The notes below the pieces were generated by a model that was given only the letters and a program-made list of their open reading frames with translations, ran no database searches and had not been told where the DNA came from. From NCBI GenBank assembly GCA_002633005.1, contig NMRA01000157.1, positions 615,192 through 679,191 on the forward strand: a stretch of 64,000 bases of DNA, read 5' to 3'. The position numbers and the translations under genes are program-made. How positions within the stretch are numbered: position 1 is the first letter of the stretch; each line of letters begins with the position of its first letter. The stretch comes from Phoronis australis. Its lineage: Eukaryota > Animalia > Phoronida. Shown here piece by piece: positions 1-10,500 of this stretch.

Positions 1-633
1 GGATCCGTCCAAAAGTCGTCATCTTCCGTTGTTAACATCATATAAATATACTTACACAATTTCGTAAAGATCCTGCGAACGGTTTAGGAGATACAGCCAT
101 AGGCGCAAAAAAACAAAACTGCCACTAGGAGGCGCCACAGTAATCGAAATCATCGGAAAATCACCATCAGCCGTCCTCTACATAGTGAGCATATACATTC
201 CAATTTTCACAATCATCCTTTGAGCGGTTTGGTTGATAGAGGGGTGGACTCGAAAACACTAAAAATGGCCACTAGGTGGCGCAAAACGATGTCGAATCCA
301 TCTGAAAACGGGAGGATAGCGTCATCTCGCTAATAGGTGCCTACATACCAAATTTCATGAAAATCCGTTCAGGATTTTTGAAGATACAAAGGTAAGCGTA
401 AAAAACTAAAATTGCCACTAGGGGGCACACCGGTAGTCGGATCCGTCCGAAAGTTGCACATGCCGTCCCATTCATGAATGGAACATATGTGCCAAATTTC
501 ATGAACGTATGTCAAAGGGTTTTGGAGATAAAGCAGCGGACGCCGGACGGACGCTACCCGGACAAACGGACGGACGAACGGACGGAGATGAGGGCATAAT
601 ACGTCCACATATAAATATGTGGGCACATAACAA
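1..633 (+). mobile_element. Non-autonomous Helentron/HINE (DINE-1/pearl-like) repeat with ~147-bp internal subrepeats, truncated by the window edge
   Basis: Subrepeats with CCACTAGGnGGC and AAATTTCATGAA cores, a GGAC/GAAC microsatellite (536-587) and a terminal hairpin CCACATAT-AA-ATATGTGG (605-622). A reverse-complement copy lies at 38271-39200. Class assignment is inferred from this architecture. Confidence 0.6.
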
Positions 634-1392
634 GATGAACTACTTATTGCAATTACTAAATGCATATTTTTAGCACAATAAACCAAATCAGGATGTAAAA
701 ATATAAATCGAAGTATGTGGGATTACCCTAATTTGCACTAATTTCCATTTTCGAAAACATAGAATAAGCATTTCTTGAGATATGAAACCAAACTTACAAA
801 TATTTTTTGGCTTCTGTAATCTATATCAATGATTTTCATTTACGTGGTTCAGATTATTCCCTAAAGGTAACCAGTGAACAGGTACTTCAAGCCAACGATC
901 AATTTTGCGCAATAATGCACATTGGTGAATACAAGGTCTAACAATTAGGTTTTAAAAGTTCTAATGTATCCTGTAACTTAGCACAAAGCTTGGCATTTTT
1001 GCATATTTCAAAGGATAATTACCTCAAAATAAAGTGTAGTGTGACATACGAATAATACATTAAACTGTCAACAGGCTACAACTTTCTCAGCACTTGCTCA
1101 CAACTTTGGCAAAACAACATTCCGCCTTGCCTCCATAATTAAGTCAAACAGGTAAATAATTACTGTTAGTCTCATTGCAAAATTTAAAATTGTTACATCT
1201 ATTATTAATTTTGTGTTTGAAACCACGCGTGAAGAAGAAGCTAGACAGATAACACTTCGCCAAACTTCACAATGAAAGCTTCACAATCTAGGCCCTCAAT
1301 ACTTTCTGAAAATTAAACTTAGTTGTATGATAATAGGTTCTTTCTCATTTCTTATTATGTTTGTAATAAAGAGCAAATTGATGCTACCATAC

Positions 1393-4300
1393 CGTAGTCA
1401 TGTTCTCCAGATCCATCTCCTTCTTCACCACAAATGCACGTCTTGAAGCATCAATTTCAATGAACTGTAGAGCATATTGGTCACCCGTCAATGTCACAAT
1501 ATCACCTTCATCCCATGAGTGAACTAATTGGTCATTTGGAGATATAGTACCTATATCTGTTCCTATAACAGAATGACAAGATATACCACTTGATATGTAT
1601 GAAGGTAGAAACAAACATTGGTCGTGATTTGTCAGATACTTGCCACACGTACAAACTAGATTAACAAATATTTGTGAGAGTAACACAGTTTTACAGTTAC
1701 AAGCACAAATTTCATAGTGCGCAAATGCCCATCCAATGCAAAAAAATAGCAGCTCTCTGAAACCATAAAAACAAGCATTTATCCCCCAAACTTCATTTCT
1801 TCATTATCTGCATTGGATACCAGTCACGGCATCTCACTCAGCAAACGCATATCTCCTAGTTCTGCGGAGCACTTCAGCAATTAATTTGAACAGCTGCTCA
1901 TAACACTAAAACATGTCTGACCACATATATAGGGGGAGCTAAATTCAAGTCAAACTACCGTAAACGTTCGGGTTAACGCCCCGAGCAGTTAAATTGGCAA
2001 ACCCAAAAAATCAGGGGTGGGCGGTTAACCAGACATGGGCGCTTAAACGTGAAATTTCAAGAAATTCAGAGTGGGCGGTTAACTGAACATGGACGCTTAT
2101 TACGACAGACAACCGCCCTGGGCGGTTAATCTTACCTCATGATCAGAGTACCACATGACACACGTACTCGGAACGCGTAGAGCTTTTCAAAGAGCTTTAT
2201 CGTCAAGTCGCCAAAATGCTGCTAAAAGTGTCATAACAGCGGACGATCCCAACTGTTCTGTTGCACACAGATTAGTCAATCACAATTAAATTTACAAAAT
2301 TGGTGAGTAATAGCCCTGTGCCGTCCTGCGATCTTATTAGAGCTGTAGTGCGCAGACGACCAGTAACAATAACTTGGATTGCAACTATTCTCACGCGATA
2401 AACTCTAGAAATGCTGGCGTGAGCTTCACGTGTTGCAGAGGTCACAAAAGACATCAAATTTATGGTGCTAGCTGCTAAGTTCCGAGTCAAAGACTGTCAG
2501 AATATAGTCTGACAGTATTATTAGTTGTATTGTTTTGTTTTGTTATTCAGTTTGATTGGCATGACCCCTGAGTTAAGTACAATGATGATGCAATTGGTTT
2601 ACTACAGAATAGTATGGAACTTTCTAGTAGACTGAGTTCAGTAGTGATGATGTATTTTGTTTACTACAGTATAGTGTGGAACTTTCTAGAAGACTCTAGC
2701 ATGACAGTGATTAATGCAGTCTGGAATATTCTAGAGACTAGTATGTGTTTGTAGAATGGTTGGGTAGATTCAGGAAAGTTCTAGAATGTGCTTGAATTGA
2801 TGAAAAGTTCCAGAACAATGTATTAGTTAATAGGCTATAAATACACAAGCACGGGTTTGTGTTAGACAGATCAAGTCAGTTCAAGAGGAGATCAAGTCAG
2901 TTCATCAGAAGTTCAAAGAAAGTTAATCAGAACTACAGTTGAGTTGCAGTGAAGAGAATCAGCAGTTACAGCGATAGTCAATAGAGAGCCAGCTATAGAG
3001 ACAGCAGGTTATTGAATCGACGAGTGTAACAGTTGCTGAACGTGTCTCAGAAGTTCATCATAAGTCAAGGCTTCGCAGCATTGGCTGGAGCATAAACAGA
3101 CATTAGGTCGGACGTTTTGTTTGAGTAGGCTTGTGAACGTACGGTCGGGATTAATAAAGGATTAACTCAAACCAGTCTTCAGTCAATCGTCGCACCGAAA
3201 GCTATTAGCACCGGTCTGTAACAACCTGCGCCCACCCACACACGGGGAAAAACATGACAAAGACCAGTTTTAAAATTAATGATGTAATAAAAGTTTGAAA
3301 AACGACAGCTGAGAATCGGGGGTAAGCGGACATGAGCCAGTCGTTAATCAAAAGTTGCTGCAAAGGCATTACTCAAAAACAAGCATTTGCTTAAGATTTT
3401 ATTTTAAAATTACTAACACTATGACTGGGGATGAGTCTAGTGAGCGAGTACAGTAAAGTCCGAAGAAAAAATTACCAGTTCATACACGTAATAATGTTGC
3501 GTCGGTAAAAAACAATTCGTAGATGTAGCCCCAATTCTTTGGGTAACCGGCATCCATGGTTTGCGCGGCTTAACGACAAAATTAGTGAAGAGCTTCAACC
3601 AGCAACGCGTCCTTTCCGAGTCAGTGTTTTGCAACCAAGACTCCGCGCTCGGCATAACAAACTGCAGGTTGCATTGGCGACATGAAATTTGGAAATGCGA
3701 GCCGAGATTATAGACGTTTTGTACCTGCCACCAGGAAATTCCAACCTACGCGAGCCGTTTTTTGGGGGGGGTAATATAGATAGGCCTACCTGGCAAACAT
3801 AAAGCAACTCGAAAAACACATTTATTTTACACGCAATATGTACAGATTATCCTATTATAATATCACCTATGGCAGTATCGCACTGCAGTACTGGTCGGTC
3901 CCGCTGTTTGCACGCAATATGCCGTCACTAGACTTGGAAATGCAGTCAAGTAATTTAACAGCCTCTTTCAATATGGGTCTTGTTTTTATGTGACAAAAGA
4001 CAGCGGCTGGATTCAGCACGCGCGTACGTATGAGCCACCTGTCAATCACATATATTGTTGTCAAGGTAACATGCACTCCAGAGTGTGGGAACTTACACGT
4101 GTGTACCACTTCAGAGATCGCAAATCAAAAGAGAACAGCGACAGCCCTACGTAAAGGAGTACACCAGCGTGACTCTGTACTTTTAAGTTGTTATTACAAA
4201 AAACCCAGTGTTTTACGATATTCCTCCATTCCAATGACCCAAAATTACGATGTCAAGTCTGTTCCAATATTTCCCGGCTCGATGATCCCTTGACCCGATG

Positions 4301-7300
4301 TTCCATGCCTGTAGCTAGCTGCGTGCAGGTCATTACTACTGCCGCCAATTTTCAATCAGTTACGTCGTAGATGTCTCAGACTCGAATGGTAAGAATTTTG
4401 TTCAGGCTGAAACTGCCCAATGTAGAAACAAAATATTCGGGAAGCTAAAAGGCTAGGTGGATACGATAATTCACAGTTACACCTGTCGCAAGAAATTGTT
4501 CTATAAAGAACCACCAGCGACTTTGGCGGAATCTGCTAACGCCAACTTGTCTGAGATGCAATAAGCGAAAAAATTTGACTTGCAGCAGTTTTTTATTTCT
4601 TCAAGATGATACACAAACATCCAGTAACGTATTGCCAACCTTTGAATTCAGACATCGAGAAACAACAAATCGGTCAGCAAGGTACATTGTCCGTTCGGTC
4701 GCTACACATCCTCGATAACCTGGCAATTACACTCATCAAAATAGGGAGAATTTGACATCTTTCCTTGAGTTGTGGAAATTCCTCAAAATACGAGAGCTTC
4801 CTACCAAAAGTGAATTAGAAGGGTTGGCAAAACCACTGTCAAATTTCTGTGGCCCGATTCTTTTTTGAATAATTATATGTTTTATCTAGTTCACTGCAGA
4901 CAGAAATTCAGCGCGGCAGACCGCGTCGCTAAAACCGGAGGCATTGAAGCCAGCGGGGCTCTTAAACTTTGCGAACATGGGAAGAAAATAAAGTGACAAA
5001 ACGTTCAAGTGTTATATTTTGAAGTAAATCCATGACCAGAGACAAGAATTCGTTACTTGTATTATAATTCACATTGCCAAACCGCCGGCTCGGACACCTG
5101 TTACACTCTAGTTGTGATCATCGATCTAAAAGTCGGGGAATCGCGCGTTTGCGTAGCATTGGGCGCTAAGTCTTCAACCTTTAAACGTTGGGGATGGGCG
5201 CTTAACCGAGAGGTGGGCGCTTAACTGAAAATCTTCAAAAATCGCAGATAAGCAGTTAACCTAGCAGTGGGCAGTTAAATCGAAAATCCACCTAATGCAG
5301 GGGGTGGGCGGTTAACTGAGCATGGGCGTTAACCTGAACGTTTACGGAACTTTAGACTCCAAAGTACCCAAAGCCATGCGGTTTTTGGACTGATTTTTTT
5401 CAGTTCTGTCTTTTCTTAAGAAAAGCATCTCAGCAACTATCTGATAAAAATGTCAAAATTATGGACTTTTTAATCATTTTTAAGTTCATAAGATCCACAA
5501 AGAACATAGTAAACATCACTTACAAGAATTTCTTTTTTATCAAACAAGGATATAAAGTAAAGGTATTTTCAAGGAAGCATCAAATTTTCAATCTTGTCAC
5601 ATGGTAAAGTTAATAAAATAAAAGTCCGTGCGGTTGATGTTTTCATTGAAATTCAGGTGCCTTACCACAGGCACAAATTTACAGAGGTATCTTTGATATT
5701 GTTTGGTATCTGTGAATTTTATGTGAAATTTTTGGAATTTTTTATTATCCAAATCATTCTCTAAGTTGGGACAGTGAATTTGTTTCAAGGTTAGAGTTTA
5801 TACCATAGAAGAAAGCAATATTTGCAGTCCCAACCTCAAGAATTACAATGAACACCGAATGATCACTCACTTCGAAGTTACATGAGAGTCATGAGACACC
5901 TGAAAATGTTGCAGCAGTGACTATTTTCAACAATTTTATGAATTGCCAAAACTATTTTCTGATTATGTTTTTACAAAATGCAGTGTCCTCATATTTAAGA
6001 CATACAAAAAACAGCATAACTGACATGTCTTACTCTTCAGAGAAAAAAAAAAAAATTTCAACTCGGAATTTCAGCATTCCCAATTTTAGAGACTGTCCCG
6101 AATAATTTTCATTGTATGTTTATTCTATGAAAATGAAGATTTACAAGCAATCAAACACTTACCAACAGGTGTGTTCTCATCCACACCTAATTCTCCTAAT
6201 TTGAAGGTACACGCTGAAACCATAGAAGTGAGGACGTGAAAAGGAGACGCCAAATTCACTTAATCACATTCAACAATTAGCACAAATAACAAGACCCCAG
6301 CTCGGTCTTAGAAACAAAGAATTCGATTTCCATATCAATTTTTTACAGATTGTAACTCAACAAAATGTAATAACTCTTGACTGTAATAATTGAAATGGTT
6401 CACATACATTACAAGACACAAGTAATCAGACAAAATACCATTTCCCTGTCATGACAGCTCAAGCCTTTAGCAGCATAAATGACTAGTAGTAACCATCAAG
6501 ATGGCAAACTTCTAAATGCACAATGGTTGAGCCACCTTAGGTGGCACTGAATAGTTAGGCTGCGGCCGCGGCCAATTTGCACTCCCAAAATATACAACTC
6601 TAATGGTAAATATGGCTTCTGCCCAATCTAACGACGGGAATGCAGTCATTTTGTCTGAATACTTTTGGCTTATACTGAATAATATGCAAATATTTATGAG
6701 CGACACGATTAATGTAAATCACAATGATCAGTAACGAGTAATGTTAACGTAGATTTATTTCTTTCAGAATTTCATCAGAGATTAATTGACTGTAACGTAC
6801 AAAATTGTCACTCTGTAATTAATAATTTGACTAATTATCAGTTTTATTGTACAATCAAAACGCTTTACATTGAAACAGCGGGGACACATAAATCTTATGA
6901 AGAATGAGAGAATTTGTGGAATATGCAATACCGGTCAAATTGAAAAGAAGATTCATTTTATGTGTCAATGCCCTGTCCTTGATGTGCACAGAAAATTGCT
7001 GACGAATATAACAGATGAGAGTTGTGAGACCCCTGTAAACTAAAAAGCATGGCACTATTATTTCAAAAACAACAATGCTAAGAGCTCAAATTTTAACATT
7101 GCAAAGTTGTAATGATTCTGATTCAGTAAATGTTGATGAAACTGTTTTGTTGCATTAATGTCATAAACAATTTCTCAAATTCTTCAGCTAGGTATTATCA
7201 CAAGTAATCATGATTCACAACATTGAGGTCTCTCCATAATATTCTAACAGAAAACATTACCCCTTTCAAGTAAAATGTAAAGCTCATAGTAACAAAGGAT

Positions 7301-9151
7301 GCTCTACAGAACTCACATAAACTCATTCAGTGCCATCTCGCCTGCTATGGAGTTGGAACCTACTGTAGCCGTCCTGAATGCCAGGAGATAGAACCCTGTC
7401 TCGAGTAAGTCTACTTTTAACTTTACAAATCAGGGCACAAACTACAGTGAGAAACAACAGCTAACCATATAGCCTCTCATGTGAAAGACAAATGGTTTCG
7501 AGCCACGTTTCATTCTGAAACAATGGAGCGATTATGCTGATGTTGTATCCTTACACATTTGATACGTTGCTATGGTGATAAGACTTTATATTTTTTTGAA
7601 AACAACTGGTGACTCAGACTCAGTAGCATAGCTGTTATGCCTATGTACGTAATGTTCAGATGTATGCAAGCATTCTGAACTGACAATAAACCAGCACATA
7701 ATCCATAAACAGCATTTTTGATACATGTCCAATAATTTAACAGGTCCTAAAAATAGGGTTCCTACCAGATTATTTATAAGTTTGGTAAAAATAAATCTCA
7801 GGTAATATTGATACAGAAGGTGCATCTTGTGGACATGTACGATACTTTCAAAATCATCAACCGAGAAGTCAGTACAAATCAGAAAACTTTTGACTGCTAT
7901 AACAAAGAGATGTTTCACTAAAGAAGGCAAAGCACTGAAATGTGCCCACGGCAGTAACACAAATGGTATGCTTCTAAGGACGCTTATTAATACCACATAA
8001 TATATATATAAGGGCCACTAGAGAGTGCAGCGTATCTTAAATCCATTTAAAATAAAGCTGTTGTCTCTCTCATAGAAATTTTATTTGCAAAATTTCATTG
8101 ACATCCATCAAGAAACTCGGTTATATGGAGCCATACCCAAAATAACCCTTAATTGCCACTTTGGAGCACCACAATAGTCAAACTTGTTCCAAAACCAACG
8201 TCAGTCATACTCTCTTAAATTGGTACAAATTACAAATTTCATGAAGATCCACTTAAGGAAAACTGGCAGATGTTAAAGCACAGGCAAAAATAAATTTGTC
8301 TCTAGGGGCACCACAGTACAGTAGTTGCACCTGTTGAAAAATTTGTCAGTCTTGGTCATCTCAACAGAAACATATTTATACAATTCTCCTTCAATATTCC
8401 TCCAAGGGCTTTGACAGAGAGGTGGACAACAAAAATAGGGACAGAAATAATGAAAAATGTTCACTAGGGAAAGCAGAATGCATCCAAAAATGGGATTATG
8501 TCATCATCCCCTTAATAAAAACCTACTGGTAATTTCATGAAAATCCATCACAGAATTTGGTGAGGCAAATGCTAACAAAAGCTAAATTGACACTAAATGG
8601 TGCCAAAATAATTCAAACCAACGCAAACTAACATCAGCTCTCCCCATCTCAGTTGGAACACATCTGTGAATTTTCATGATCCATTTGAGCAATTTGGCAG
8701 TTAGAGAGGCAGACATTAAAACGCAGCTGCAAAAAGATAACGCAAAAATCCGTCTGAAAATGGGAAGATATTGTCCCATCTATTATAGAAACCTTTTACA
8801 CAGAGGCTAACATAAAAAACTAAAATTGGCACTAAGGGGCACAATAGTAGTGGAATCTGTCTAGAAACTTGCACATACCATCTCATCTATGATGAAAATG
8901 TGTCTGCAAAATTTCACAAACATCAATAACAGGGTTTGAGATATACAGGAGCACATACCAGACAAAGGGGCATGATGACATAAATGCGCCCTCACAGGCA
9001 CGCACTCACACACAAACACACATACACACATGCAAACACACACACACGCGTGCGCGAACGCACAATACTTACTCCCACTGACACTGTCGATTAAAAGTAA
9101 CAGAAAAAACAGAACTGCTAATGTTGAGTATTTGTGTCTTGTCCACGTCAT
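1393..9151 (-). CDS. Cadherin-repeat (protocadherin-like) cell-surface protein, 5' portion; gene continues off the left edge
   Basis: Phase-compatible GT-AG exons 9151-9073 (signal peptide MTWTRHKYSTLAVLFFLLLLIDSVSG, donor A|GTAAGT), 6213-6163 (TTTCAG|...CTFKLGELGVDENTPV G|GTAAGT) and 1562-1393 (GTDIGTISPNDQ...FVVKKEMDLENMTT|GTATGG). V-x-E-N-x-P-x-G and MDLE (LDRE-like) are cadherin EC1 motifs. In-frame upstream ATGs extend to 9250, so the start is uncertain. Confidence 0.75.
2495..3259 (+). mobile_element. Solo LTR (765 bp) of an LTR retrotransposon
   Basis: TGTCA...TGACA termini, exact 5-bp TSD AAGAC (2490-2494 and 3260-3264), TATAAATA at 2836-2843 and AATAAA at 3153-3158 in U3-R-U5 order. 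Confidence 0.8.
2617..2843 (+). promoter_or_regulatory. Cluster of heat-shock elements (nGAAn inverted arrays) plus TATA box in the LTR U3
   Basis: Perfect GAActTTCtaGAA (2679-2691) and TTCagGAAagTTCtaGAA (2769-2786), near-perfect arrays at ~2617, ~2724 and ~2804, and TATAAATA at 2836. Confidence 0.65.
7930..9060 (+). mobile_element. Old, diverged copy of the HINE-like repeat family
   Basis: Degenerate CCACT/CTAGGGGCAC and AAATTTCATGAA subrepeats ending in a (CA)n tract (9005-9048). The left part matches the reverse complement of 39115-39190 and 37325-37395. Confidence 0.5.
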
Positions 9152-10272
9152 TTGGTGACAGCATTTCCCCATAGAATGTGGTGCGTTAAACTTTGCCATT
9201 GACGTCATAATACTAGTAAGATGTGAAGGCAGGGTGTTGAACATCACCATTACACTGACGTCACAGCAAGCCTCGAGACCACGGAAGAGAGTTCAACATT
9301 CATTATAGTGTAAATCCATTCTGAAAAATATAACATGAAGACTTGTAAATACTATCATAAAGTACTATAAAGGTCTTGGGACATATTCTGAGAAACTTTG
9401 AGGCCCTGAACGATATTCATCGTTTTGACTAGCAATGGACACAACACTGGACTTGATACCTATCTTCCACTCTATCAAAAACTCTATGAACAAAATTAAA
9501 AGCTGTGCTTCATTTCTGAAAAACGCTCACAAAACTCTTTTATTTCCACCAAAAAAGGAATACCCAGGCTCAGACAAAAGTGTCAAAAACGCAACTTTGT
9601 CATATCAAAACCACTAATTCCCACCCGACCCTCGAAAAAAAGCTAGCACCCGAGTCTAAATTCAAAATTTCTACATATTCCAAAAATGCAGTCCAAAAGG
9701 ACTGTCACCTAATCAGATTTTTTGCAATGCAAAAATGCGATACCACTATAGGAAGCCGTCATTTTCAAAAATGAAGCCTACAGCCTATCTAGTGGACTCA
9801 CATTTTCAGGAACATGAACCTAATCGCAAAGCATACCTCAAAACTGCCAGGGAAGCTGCCCCATCCCAAACATCTAGTTAGTGTAAATCACTGGCAGCTA
9901 GTCTATTTGTACAGTGCCACCTTACAACTGCAAGGACTGCAACTGAAATTTATGAACCCCTGTAATCTCACACAGCCATCTTTCTCAATTGGAATTTGAG
10001 GTACAAAACATGTCAGCATACAATAATATTGAAATCAAAATGAAGTAGATAAATCAACAGTAAATTCCCACAAGCAAGATCAGTTAGTATCTGAGACTTG
10101 TTCTTAATGGCTAATTTCCGTAAAAGAAATACTCATGGCAAAACGTCAGACTTGGGAATATAAAGCGATAGAACTACCGGACATATATGGCACAAAAAAT
10201 AAAAAACTTGGGTGTGGACTAGGGATAGCCAACCACTTTTGCATCGTTTCAGGTTTAAAACATTATTAGTTG

Positions 10273-10500
10273 TTGGATGGTACAGACTTTATGAAGTTAT
10301 TAGCTTGGATGGTGCAGACTTTATGAAGTTACTAGCTTGGATGGTGCAGACTTTATGAAGTTACTAGCTTGGATGGTGCAGACTTTGAGCTTGGATGGTG
10401 CAGACTTTATGNTTTATGAAGTTACTAGCTTGGATGGTGCAGACTTGATGAAGTTACTATAGCTTGGATGGTACAGACTTTATGAAGTTACTAGCTTGGA
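10273..10500. repeat. 32-bp tandem minisatellite (AGCTTGGATGGTGCAGACTTTATGAAGTTACT), about 7 copies, spanning an N gap
   Basis: Direct tandem copies. The N at 10412 means the true copy number is unresolved. Confidence 0.9.

Larger units (their letters stand above)
1958..5347. mobile_element. Non-autonomous TIR DNA transposon (Tc1/mariner-pogo-like, CCGTA...TACGG), interrupted by a solo LTR
   Basis: Left end TA|CCGTAAACGTTCGGGTTAACGCCC and right end GGGCGTTAACCTGAACGTTTACGG. Subterminal GGGCGGTTAA/GGGCGCTTAA repeats at both ends. A related end lies at 16336-16630. No intact transposase ORF. Confidence 0.8.

Noticed and set aside
369-686. 105-aa ORF sharing PTTGVPPSGNFSFLRLPLYL with ORF 38275-38505 (apparent paralogues)
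   Set aside because: The shared peptide comes from two copies of the same non-coding repeat element.
3437-4850. Short ORFs inside the TIR element as transposase remnants
   Set aside because: No recognisable DDE/D or HTH motifs, and the frames are short and interrupted.
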